Below are positions 34,767 through 45,523 of a stretch of DNA of 58,968 nt, in pieces. The translations under genes and the position numbers were made by a program. Location of the stretch: positions 1 through 58,968 of the forward strand of contig QNCG01000001.1 of assembly GCA_003644445.1 (NCBI GenBank), written 5' to 3'. Position 1 is the first letter of the stretch. Each line of letters starts with the position of its first letter. This stretch comes from Candidatus Omnitrophota bacterium (GTDB lineage Bacteria > Omnitrophota > Gorgyraeia > Duberdicusellales > Duberdicusellaceae). Under the pieces are notes generated by a model, which searched no databases, was not told where the DNA came from, and saw only the letters and a list, made by a program, of their open reading frames with translations.

Positions 34767-35329
34767 AAACCTTTTACCTCTTCTAAAAAAATTCTTTTTA
34801 ACTCTTCTTTTGTCTTATCCAAATTTTGGTTAGTCAATCTATACTTATATTTTTTAGCATATTTTACTTCCTTTTTAGCAAGACGCAATCTTTTTTTTAA
34901 AATTTCTTCAGGCTCAGTCCTCCTTTTTCTTAATCTTGCCTCCAAAGCCTTAGAAGAGGGTGGCTGGATAAAAATAAGTACTGCTTTATCTTTGAATTTC
35001 TTCTTTACTTTAAGGGCCCCCTCTACATCTATACAAAGAAGGGGAGTTTTTTTGCCGGCTTTTTTTAGAAAATCCTTGGGTGTTCCATAGAAATCCTCTA
35101 AGTATTTTTTGCTTTCTAAAAAGAAACCCTTCTTTTTCAGCCTTAAAAATTCCTCTTTAGTTAAAAAACAGTAATCTAAAAAGTTTTTCTCTCCTTTTCG
35201 GGGTTTGCGTGTGGTAAAAGTGGGTACTTTAAAAAACTTTTCTTTTATCTGCCTGCTCCTGAACAATTTCTTAAGTAAAGCTGTTTTCCCTGAACCTGAG
35301 GGGCCGGAAACAATAAAAATCTTCTTCAT
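34763..35329 (-). CDS. gmk: Guanylate kinase
   Basis: 188 aa with a P-loop (GPSGSGKT) and TTRKPRKGE motif. Confidence 0.9.
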   Translation of the reverse strand: MKKIFIVSGPSGSGKTALLKKLFRSRQIKEKFFKVPTFTTRKPRKGEKNFLDYCFLTKEEFLRLKKKGFFLESKKYLEDFYGTPKDFLKKAGKKTPLLCIDVEGALKVKKKFKDKAVLIFIQPPSSKALEARLRKRRTEPEEILKKRLRLAKKEVKYAKKYKYRLTNQNLDKTKEELKRIFLEEVKGL

Positions 35330-35331
35330 AA

Positions 35332-35571
35332 TTATTTTTCTTTTATCCTCTGAGCTAATCTCTGGGGTTGGAGCGAAGAAAGGATTATAAAACCTGTGTC
35401 AGTTAAGATTATACTCCGGGTTTTTCTGCCCGAAGTAGCATCTATCAACTTATTCTCCTTCCTGGCTATATCTACCAGTCTTTTCAAAGGACTGGAATTA
35501 AGACCTAAAATAGCCACTACTCTATTTTTTAAAACTACGTTATTATAACCTAGGTTTATTATTTCCATCAC
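35332..35571 (-). CDS. remA: RemA/DUF370-family regulator
   Basis: 79 aa. INLGYNNVV...RIVAI and TRSIILTD patterns are present, and it lies in the conserved yicC-remA-gmk-rpoZ order. Confidence 0.8.
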   Translation of the reverse strand: MMEIINLGYNNVVLKNRVVAILGLNSSPLKRLVDIARKENKLIDATSGRKTRSIILTDTGFIILSSLQPQRLAQRIKEK

Positions 35572-36218
35572 TCTATGTTCTGAGCTAACTCTCGCAGCCT
35601 ATCCACCTCTTCTTTAAAATAAACTGCCTCCAGAGAAAGTTTTTTATCTTTAACTTTTGCTAAAACTGTGTTTATCTCCCTTAAAAGCTCCTGAGATAAA
35701 AAGTCTAATATTTTTCCAGGCCTCTTCTCCTTTTTACTTAAAATTTTATTTAAATGAGAAAGGTAAAAAGAAATCAAAGAAACTTCTTCTAAAATATCCT
35801 CTCCTAAGGGTAATTCTTTTCTCCTAAGGTATTTTTTAAAAGAGGCTATTCTTCTTTTTAAAGAAGCCCCTAATTCTTCAATCTCTTTCTTTATACTTTG
35901 GCCCTGGATTTTTTTAAATTCCAAGAGCTCTCTAAGAGCTAAAGAAAAAATCTTTTTTATCCGGATAAAATCCTGGGAAGATATATTTTGAAAATCTAAA
36001 AAGTTAGTGGTAATATTTACTTCAATCCTCCCTCTTTTTATCTTCTTCACTATCTGGCGAAAGATATCTTTCTCTAAAACTTCTAACCCCACAGGTATTC
36101 TGGGTATATTGACATCTAAATACTTAAAGTTTGTTGAACGCAGATTTATTCTTACCTCTCCTTGAGAAATTAACTCTCTCTTAAAGACAAAACCGGTCAT
36201 ACTTCTTATCATAGCCAA
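35568..36218 (-). CDS. yicC: YicC-family protein (short)
   Basis: 216 aa. It starts MIRSMTGF and has a C-terminal DUF1732-like EINTVLAK...EVDRLRELAQNIE. It is shorter than typical ~290 aa YicC proteins. Confidence 0.7.
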   Translation of the reverse strand: MAMIRSMTGFVFKRELISQGEVRINLRSTNFKYLDVNIPRIPVGLEVLEKDIFRQIVKKIKRGRIEVNITTNFLDFQNISSQDFIRIKKIFSLALRELLEFKKIQGQSIKKEIEELGASLKRRIASFKKYLRRKELPLGEDILEEVSLISFYLSHLNKILSKKEKRPGKILDFLSQELLREINTVLAKVKDKKLSLEAVYFKEEVDRLRELAQNIE

Positions 36219-36730
36219 ACTTTCTTTTTATTATTAACTTCTCTCTTTTTATTATTAACTTCTCTGGTTCGGGTAGGATAAAGAGGATAGACTATCTCTT
36301 CAGGCTCAAACCAAAGTTTTATCTCTCTCTCAGCTTCTTGGGGGTTAGAAGAGGCATGAATTACATTCTCATATAAACCAGACGTTAAAATTCTTCCGTA
36401 AGCCCCTCTTATCGAGGTGGGCTCAGCTTCTTCAGGGTTGGTAGCTCCAGCAATCTCTCTAACTTTTTTTATGGCTGATTCTCCATAATAAACTAAAGCC
36501 AAAACTCTATTCTCTCCGTGGAGTTGACCGGTAATATACTTTATAAGTTCTTTATAAAAGGGTTTATCTTTTAAGTGGTGATAGTGTTGTTCAGCTAACC
36601 CCGGAGATACTTTTACCACCTTGGCTCCAATTATTCTTAGGCCAGCTTTGGAAAGTCGAGAAAGAACATCTCCGGTTAAAGACTTCTTCAGCCCATCAGG
36701 CTTAACAATAACTAAGGTGGCTTCTTCCAT
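36209..36730 (-). CDS. ndk: Nucleoside diphosphate kinase with C-terminal extension
   Basis: 173 aa. TLVIVKPDG, the active-site region NVIHASS and LWF are present. The tail contains the duplicated heptapeptide REVNNKK. Confidence 0.9.
   Translation of the reverse strand: MEEATLVIVKPDGLKKSLTGDVLSRLSKAGLRIIGAKVVKVSPGLAEQHYHHLKDKPFYKELIKYITGQLHGENRVLALVYYGESAIKKVREIAGATNPEEAEPTSIRGAYGRILTSGLYENVIHASSNPQEAEREIKLWFEPEEIVYPLYPTRTREVNNKKREVNNKKKVWL
36224..36265. repeat. Perfect 21 bp tandem duplication (2 copies) in the 3' end of ndk
   Basis: ctttttattattaacttctct occurs at 36224-36244 and again at 36245-36265. It is in frame and encodes REVNNKK twice. Confidence 0.9.
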
Positions 36731-36731
36731 C

Positions 36732-37556
36732 TTATTTAGAAGATAAAAAATTAAGAAGGTTTTCTAAGTCTTCTTGAGAATAGTATTCTATTACTAATCT
36801 TCCTCTTTTGCCCAAAGAAACTATCTTTACTTTCCTACCCAAGGCTCTTTGAAGCTTTTCTTCAGCTTCTTTTAAATAAGGGTCTTTAACCCTTTTTTTA
36901 GCCTTTTTTGTCCTTACTGCTTCTTCTAACTTTCTCACCGAAATCTTGTTAGCCAATAAATCCTTAAATACCTCTAATTGTTCCTCAGGAGTCTCTAAGC
37001 TCAAAAGAGTACGAGCAGAAGAAGGAGATATCTTTCTCTCCCTTAAAGCAGCCTGGATTACTTCCGGCAAGTTAAGTAGCCTTAAAGTATTGACAATGGT
37101 ACTGCGGTCATAGCCTAAAAACTGACTTAACTCCTGAGGGGATAAACCGAATTCTTCTATTAATCTCTGAAAACTCTTAGCCTCTTCTATGGGGTTTAAG
37201 TCTTGGCGTTGAAGATTTTCAGCTATAGAAAAGATGAGAGCGGACTTATCGGTTAAATCTTTGATAATAACTGGTAACTTATTGATTCCCAATAACTTAC
37301 AAGCATAATACCTTCTACTGCCAGCAACGATCTCATAATCTTGACCTTTCTTTCTCACTATTAACGGCTCAATTATCCCTTGAGACTTTATGGAATCAGC
37401 TAATTCCTTTAATCCCTCATCTCGGAGGTCTTGGCGCGACTGATAATCACTAATTTTTAGTTTGTCAATCTCAATGTAGGTATATTCTTGAAGAGGAATC
37501 TCCTTCTTGGGGATTAAAGCATCCAGTCCCTTGCCTAATACCTTCTTCTCCATCAT
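36732..37556 (-). CDS. parB: Chromosome partitioning protein ParB
   Basis: 274 aa with GKGLDALIP, the ParB box (IEPLIVRK...YEIVAGSRRYYA) and an HTH. Confidence 0.95.
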   Translation of the reverse strand: MMEKKVLGKGLDALIPKKEIPLQEYTYIEIDKLKISDYQSRQDLRDEGLKELADSIKSQGIIEPLIVRKKGQDYEIVAGSRRYYACKLLGINKLPVIIKDLTDKSALIFSIAENLQRQDLNPIEEAKSFQRLIEEFGLSPQELSQFLGYDRSTIVNTLRLLNLPEVIQAALRERKISPSSARTLLSLETPEEQLEVFKDLLANKISVRKLEEAVRTKKAKKRVKDPYLKEAEEKLQRALGRKVKIVSLGKRGRLVIEYYSQEDLENLLNFLSSK

Positions 37557-38328
37557 ACACTCCTTCTATATCTTGATTAAGAATTTCACAGGCTAAATTA
37601 AAATAAGCCTTAGCTCCACTGGATAAAGGTTCGTAAAAATATATTGGTTTTCCAAAACTGGGAGCTTCGGATAAACGGACATTTCGAGGTATAACTGTTT
37701 TATACACTTTATCTTGGAAAAATCTTTTCACTTCCTCCATAACCTGGAAAGTTAAGCGAGTCCGGAAGTCAGCCATAGTAAGAAGGACTCCTTCTATCTC
37801 TAAATCCGGATTCAATCTCTCCTTGACTAAATCAATGGTTTGGAGCAAACGGGAAAGCCCCTCTAAGGCATAATACTCACACTGAATGGGGATAATCAAC
37901 CCTTGACTGGCAGTTAAAATATTAATAGTTAAAAGCCCTAAAGAAGGAGGGGCATCTATTAGAATATATTCAAAATTCTCCTTAATTCTCTCTAAAGCTT
38001 TCTTTAAATAAAATTCTCTTTCTTCTAATTGGGCTAATTCTATTTCTGCTCCGGCTAAAGAGGAGTCAGCAGGAATTATATATAGGTAGCGGACATTAGT
38101 AAGAAGGATTGCTTTCTCCGCAGGAACTTCTTGGATAAGAACTTGATAAGTAGTAAGTTCTAAACCTTCTTTGTCTATTCCTAATCCACTAGTAGCATTA
38201 CCTTGAGGGTCTAAATCAATTAAAAGAGTCTTTTTTTTAGCTAAGGCAAAAAAGGTGGCTAAATTTACCACACTGGTGGTTTTACCCGTACCCCCTTTTT
38301 GATTACAAAAGCCTATTATTTTAGGCAT
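37471..38328 (-). CDS. parA: Chromosome partitioning ATPase ParA/Soj
   Basis: 285 aa with deviant Walker A (NQKGGTGKTT) and DLDPQGNAT. The ~30 aa C-terminal tail overlaps the parB start by 86 nt in another frame. Confidence 0.95.
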   Translation of the reverse strand: MPKIIGFCNQKGGTGKTTSVVNLATFFALAKKKTLLIDLDPQGNATSGLGIDKEGLELTTYQVLIQEVPAEKAILLTNVRYLYIIPADSSLAGAEIELAQLEEREFYLKKALERIKENFEYILIDAPPSLGLLTINILTASQGLIIPIQCEYYALEGLSRLLQTIDLVKERLNPDLEIEGVLLTMADFRTRLTFQVMEEVKRFFQDKVYKTVIPRNVRLSEAPSFGKPIYFYEPLSSGAKAYFNLACEILNQDIEGVYDGEEGIRQGTGCFNPQEGDSSSRIYLH

Positions 38329-38364
38329 TTCTTAATTTTCGGCAGTTGTTTTAATCTTCTTAAT

Positions 38365-38380
38365 TGTTTCACGTGAAACA
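38365..38380. promoter_or_regulatory. parS centromere-like site
   Basis: TGTTTCACGTGAAACA is a perfect palindrome matching the TGTTNCACGTGAAACA consensus. Confidence 0.85.
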
Positions 38381-38446
38381 CTTTTATAATTTTACTATCT
38401 CTAATAAAAGATGTCAAGTCTATTCTTCGATTTAACTTAATTAAAC

Positions 38447-38462
38447 TGTTTCACGTGAAACA
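38447..38462. promoter_or_regulatory. parS centromere-like site (second copy)
   Basis: An identical TGTTTCACGTGAAACA lies 82 bp from the first copy, between the yidC stop and the parA start. Confidence 0.85.
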
Positions 38463-38467
38463 CTTGT

Positions 38468-39901
38468 TCACTTAACCCGGGCTAATCTCAATTGATAAAT
38501 AAAAGTAAAAAGAGAGTTACAAACCCAATAAAGGACTAAACCTGAAGGAAAGCGATAGAAGATAAATCCAAAAACCAGAGGGAATATAAAAGTCATTAAC
38601 TTTTGTTGTTCAGAAGCAGAAGTTTTGGGAGTGGTTAATTTTTGTTGAAAAAACATTAAACCCACCATTAATAGAGGCAAAAGATGTATCCCATCACCAA
38701 CAATTGGTAAAGAAAGGGGGAGCTTTATCAAATAATCAGGTAAAGAAAGGTCTTTTATCCAAAGAAACCTTGCTCCTTTTATCTCTACCGAACGAATTAG
38801 AACCTGATAGAGAGCAAAAAATATGGGAATTTGTAAGAACAAAGGCAAACATCCTCCTAAGGGATTTATCTTATATTGTTTATATAATTCCAAAATTTCT
38901 TTATTTAGCTTCTGAGGATTGTCTTTGTACTTTTTTCTCAATTCTTCAATTTGGGGTTGAAGTTCTTGCATTTTTTTCATCGATTTACTGCTCTTTATAG
39001 TTAAAGGAAAGAGAAGAAGGTATATTAAACTGCTGACGAAGATAATGGCTACTCCCCAATTTTTAAAGATTTGGAATCCAAAATAGAGAGTCTTTAAAAT
39101 TAACCGGGCTATACCATGGAAAAAGCCGAAATACATAATTTCTGTTAATCCATAATCTTGCAATACCTTCATCTCCTGCGGCCCGATAAAAATTTGAGCT
39201 TTAAAAGAAGAGGCGTTTAAAGAAGGTTTATAAACTAATATTAGCTTCTTTTTTCTTTTCTCTAAAAAATATTCACCTGGTGGAGGATTTAAAATTGCCA
39301 AGGTATAATATCTGTCTCTTAAACCCAAGAATTGCAAATTAGTAAAAGTTTGCCTGTTTTTTATCTTAGAATAAGGTATTCTGGTGATTGAGCTATTCTC
39401 TTTATAAAAAAACTCCTGGTATCTTTTATAAAATCCCTTATCTTCTTCAAAACTACAAATTTCCAAGTCCTTCTTAAGGGGATTATCTACTTCTATTTCC
39501 CAGAGATAGGGTTTAATAACCACTATTTTTTTTCTAAATTCAGGAGAAGTAAAAGAAATCTCTTGAGAAGAAGTCTTAACTTCAAAAGGCTTTTGAGCAT
39601 CAATAAAGAATAAATTTTGGTAAAGAAGTGCTTCCTTAAAAGGTTTAATCTGGAGTTTAGATACATAACCTCTTGAAACACAAAGAGTTACATTCCAATA
39701 ACTATTCTCCCAAGGTTCTTCTGAGCATTCTTCTAAAGAAGGGGTTTCTTCGGCAATTTCTTTCTGGGAGCCAGCAATTTCTTTTTGAGGGAGAGGAGGA
39801 GAGAGGGTTCTTTTTTGCGGTCCGAGAAAAAAGCGATTGAAACTAAAGAGAATGAGCAGGGTTAATATAAGAAACCAGAGAAGTCTTTTTTCTGTATCCA
39901 T
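38468..39901 (-). CDS. yidC: Membrane protein insertase YidC
   Basis: 477 aa. It has an N-terminal TM helix, a periplasmic domain and a C-terminal 60 kDa-IMP core (NPLGGCLPLFLQIPIFFALY). Confidence 0.9.
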   Translation of the reverse strand: MDTEKRLLWFLILTLLILFSFNRFFLGPQKRTLSPPLPQKEIAGSQKEIAEETPSLEECSEEPWENSYWNVTLCVSRGYVSKLQIKPFKEALLYQNLFFIDAQKPFEVKTSSQEISFTSPEFRKKIVVIKPYLWEIEVDNPLKKDLEICSFEEDKGFYKRYQEFFYKENSSITRIPYSKIKNRQTFTNLQFLGLRDRYYTLAILNPPPGEYFLEKRKKKLILVYKPSLNASSFKAQIFIGPQEMKVLQDYGLTEIMYFGFFHGIARLILKTLYFGFQIFKNWGVAIIFVSSLIYLLLFPLTIKSSKSMKKMQELQPQIEELRKKYKDNPQKLNKEILELYKQYKINPLGGCLPLFLQIPIFFALYQVLIRSVEIKGARFLWIKDLSLPDYLIKLPLSLPIVGDGIHLLPLLMVGLMFFQQKLTTPKTSASEQQKLMTFIFPLVFGFIFYRFPSGLVLYWVCNSLFTFIYQLRLARVK

Positions 39902-39903
39902 GG

Positions 39904-40119
39904 TTAAGTTAAGGGGTCGTAGCCTCCGGGAAAGAAAGGATTACAGCGCAAAATTCTTAAGAAGATCTTACCCAGAGCTTTAAACAAAGTAAATTTACTC
40001 AGAGCTTGTTTAGCATATTCTGAACAAGAAGGATAATACCTACAAGCAGGGAGAAACAGTTTACTTAAACTGCTTTGATAAATTTCTATTATAAAAATAA
40101 GCCCTTTCCTTAGAAACAT
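39904..40119 (-). CDS. yidD: Membrane protein insertion efficiency factor YidD
   Basis: 71 aa with the CRYYPSCSEYA motif. Confidence 0.9.
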   Translation of the reverse strand: MFLRKGLIFIIEIYQSSLSKLFLPACRYYPSCSEYAKQALSKFTLFKALGKIFLRILRCNPFFPGGYDPLT

Positions 40120-40256
40120 TAAATTGAAAGTCTCTTTCTCCCTTTTTTTCTCCTCCGGGAAAGTACTGTTCTTCCTGCTTTGGTCTTCATCCTCCGACGG
40201 AAGCCATGAGTTCTCTTCCCTTTTAACTTAGTGGGAGTAGTGAGTCGTTTTTTCAT
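40119..40256 (-). CDS. rpmH: 50S ribosomal protein L34 (not in the ORF track)
   Basis: Manual translation of the minus strand gives [45 protein letters not shown] (45 aa). The TAA stop shares one base with the yidD ATG (TAATG). Confidence 0.9.
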   Translation of the reverse strand: MKKRLTTPTKLKGKRTHGFRRRMKTKAGRTVLSRRRKKGRKRLSI

Positions 40257-40371
40257 AGAAAAAATTCTAACATACTCTTTTTGCCTGTCAAGCTTTTTAA
40301 AGAATTATCTTGAAAACCTTTCTTCTCTAAGTATAATATTTGTCCTATTAAATTTTATTAAATTTTTTAAA

Positions 40372-41685
40372 ATGTGGGAAAAGTTCCAAGAAATAACAAG
40401 AGAAAAAGTTGGTAAAACTGCTTTTGAAGTCTGGTTTGCTTCTATCCAACCTAAAAGTTTGGAAAAGGGGAAGGTAGTTTTAGAAGTGCCCGATAAATTC
40501 TTTAAAGACTGGCTGGAAACTCATCACTCAGAAGTTTTATCTTCTACACTTAAAGAATTAGGCTTAGGAGATGCTTTTAGTTTAGAAGTAAACCCTAATC
40601 TTTTAGGAGAAAAAACAAAAAAAGTATTTAGAAAAATTCACGCTAAATTTAAAGAGGAACCTTCGGACTCATTAAGACTTAACCCCCGTTTCTGTTTTGA
40701 AAACTTTGTAGTAGGAGCTTCTAACCGATTTGCTTTTGCTGCTTCTCAGGCAGTAGCTGAAGCTCCGGGAAAAGTTTACAATCCCTTTTTTATTTACGGC
40801 AAAGCTGGCTTAGGTAAGACTCATCTTATGCAAGCTATAGCCCAGAGAGTTCTTAAAAAGAATAATCTAAAAGTAAAGTATATCCCTTCGGAGAGGTTTA
40901 CCAACGAGTTAATAAATTCTATCCAAAACAGAACTACTGAAAAATTCAGAGAGAAATATAGAGATATAGATATCTTACTTATAGATGACATCCATTTTAT
41001 AGGAGGTAAGGAGTCTACTCAAGAAGAGTTTTTCCACACTTTTAATGTGCTCTATGATAACCACAAACAAATCATTATGTCTTCGGATAGATCTCCCAAA
41101 GAAATACCCAACTTAGAAGAAAGATTGGTATCGCGTTTCTGCTGGGGGTTGGTGGTAGACATTCAGCCCCCAGATTTAGAGACTAGAATAGCTATCTTAA
41201 AGAAAAAAACAGAGAAAGAACCCATAAAAATAGAAGAACCTGTCTTAAGATTTATTGCTGAAAATATTGCTACCAACATCCGGGAATTAGAAGGAGTTTT
41301 GAGAAAAATTATGGCTTACTCTTTAATAGAAAATAAACCCATTAATTTAGAGTTAGCTAAAGAAGTTTTAAAAGATGTAGTAAAAGAAAAAAATAAAAAG
41401 ATAGATGTAGACTTTATTTTAGATAAGGTAGCTGAGTATTTTAATATTTCTAAGGTAGATTTAAAGAGTAAAAAAAGAACAAAAAATATTGTTTTACCCA
41501 AGCAGTTGGCAATGTATCTTCTCCGAGAATTAACCGATTATTCTTTACCAGAAATAGGAGGTTTTTTGGGAGCCAAACATCATACCACCATTCTTTATGC
41601 TTATAAAAGTATTGCTGAGAAGTTGAAAAAAGATGAAAAGTTGAAAAATACTTTAAATATTCTTAAACAAAAAATTTACAATTAA
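40372..41685 (+). CDS. dnaA: Chromosomal replication initiator protein DnaA
   Basis: I place the start at the ATG giving MWEKFQEITREKVGKTAFEVWF. The listed upstream extension is hydrophobic and overlaps rpmH. AAA+ Walker A is GKAGLGKTHL, and a C-terminal DnaA-box binding domain is present. Confidence 0.95.
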   Translation: MWEKFQEITREKVGKTAFEVWFASIQPKSLEKGKVVLEVPDKFFKDWLETHHSEVLSSTLKELGLGDAFSLEVNPNLLGEKTKKVFRKIHAKFKEEPSDSLRLNPRFCFENFVVGASNRFAFAASQAVAEAPGKVYNPFFIYGKAGLGKTHLMQAIAQRVLKKNNLKVKYIPSERFTNELINSIQNRTTEKFREKYRDIDILLIDDIHFIGGKESTQEEFFHTFNVLYDNHKQIIMSSDRSPKEIPNLEERLVSRFCWGLVVDIQPPDLETRIAILKKKTEKEPIKIEEPVLRFIAENIATNIRELEGVLRKIMAYSLIENKPINLELAKEVLKDVVKEKNKKIDVDFILDKVAEYFNISKVDLKSKKRTKNIVLPKQLAMYLLRELTDYSLPEIGGFLGAKHHTTILYAYKSIAEKLKKDEKLKNTLNILKQKIYN

Positions 41686-41795
41686 TAACAAGTTATCAAC
41701 TTTTAAAAAAATTAAATTTAACTTTATAATTAACTATTAAATTAATTATTCACAGTTTTTACTTCTTTATTACTATTATTACTAATAAATAGTTT
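41686..41795. promoter_or_regulatory. Candidate oriC segment (dnaA-dnaN spacer with DnaA-box-like sites and AT-rich tract)
   Basis: TTATTCACA at 41746-41754 fits TTATNCACA. TTATCAACT at 41693-41701 has 2 mismatches. The tract between them is almost pure A/T. The strand switch of gene orientation lies nearby. Confidence 0.4.
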
Positions 41796-42895
41796 ATGAA
41801 TAATATAAAAGTAGAGAGAAAGAAGTTGATAGAAGTTTTACAAAAACTAAACATAGTTTCTCTGGGAAAAACTACTTTCCCTGTTTTATCTACAGTATTA
41901 TTAAAAGGAGAAGGTAAAAAAATAAAATTTACTTCTACTAATTTGGAATTAACCATTACTTCCCAAATAGAAACCTCTTCAGAGCTTAACCAAAGTTTTT
42001 GTGTTTCTTTAGTAAAATTTCTTTCCATATTAAAAGAGTTTACTTCTGAAACTATAGACCTACGTTTAGAAAAAAACTTCTTGTGGATAACTTGTGAAAA
42101 CTGTGAATTTAAGCTGAATATTATAAGTGCCGAGGAATTTCCTTCTTTACCAGTATTAAAAGATAAACAGACAATAAGGTTAATTACTGAAATTCTAAAA
42201 GAGATGATAAACCTTACTCATTTTTCAGTATTTACTGGCGAGGCCAATTATGTTTTAACTGGTTTTCTTTGGGAGGTAGAGGCTAATATCCTCAAAATTA
42301 CTACTTCTGATACTAAAAGGTTAGCTACCGTGGAAAGACCACTTCCCCCCCAACAACCAGAAATAGGAGTTAAAAAACATTTTATCGTACCCCAGAGAGC
42401 AGTAATGGAATTAAGTAAACTTTTAAAAGACCAAGATGAAATAAAACTAACTATAGGTAGTAATCAGGTCTATTTTGACTTGGGGGATACTCAATTAATT
42501 ACCCAGTTAATTGAGGGTGAATTCCCTGATTATCAAAAAGTAATCCCTCCGGAATCCGAAAATAAGTTTAAAATAAACCGAGAAAAATTTCTTAACTCCC
42601 TTAAAAGAGCGAATTTATTAACTGCTCCTGAATATCAAGGGGTTAAATTAGAGCTCAAAAAGAATAAACTGATTGTTTCTAAGACCACACCCCAATTAGG
42701 AGAATATAAAGAAGACATAGATATAGAATTTAAAGGGAAAGAATTAACTCTGGGGTTTAACCCCCAATACCTTATAGATATTTTGAAAGTTCTGGAGGAA
42801 GACGAAGTTATTTTTGAAGTGTATGGCTCAGAAAAACCCCTGGTCTTAAGAAATAAAGGTTTTATCTACTTAGCTCTACCGATGCGGTTAAGTTA

Positions 42896-42896
<1 letters not shown>
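41796..42896 (+). CDS. dnaN: DNA polymerase III beta sliding clamp
   Basis: 366 aa with a three-domain clamp layout. An EGEFPDYQKVIP motif is present and the protein ends in PMRL. Confidence 0.95.
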
Positions 42897-45513
<2,617 letters not shown>

Positions 45514-45523
45514 GGAGAAGAAG

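Noticed and set aside
38365-38462. The two identical 17 bp repeats (tgtttcacgtgaaacac), considered as a possible mini-CRISPR or transposon inverted repeats.
   Set aside because: Only two copies exist. Each is a palindrome matching the parS consensus exactly, and they sit beside parAB. No cas or transposase genes are present.
40231-40371. The N-terminal 47 aa extension of dnaA given in the ORF track.
   Set aside because: It begins at a GTG that overlaps rpmH on the opposite strand. It encodes a hydrophobic low-complexity peptide. The canonical DnaA N-terminus (MWEKFQEI...VWF) starts at the ATG at 40372.
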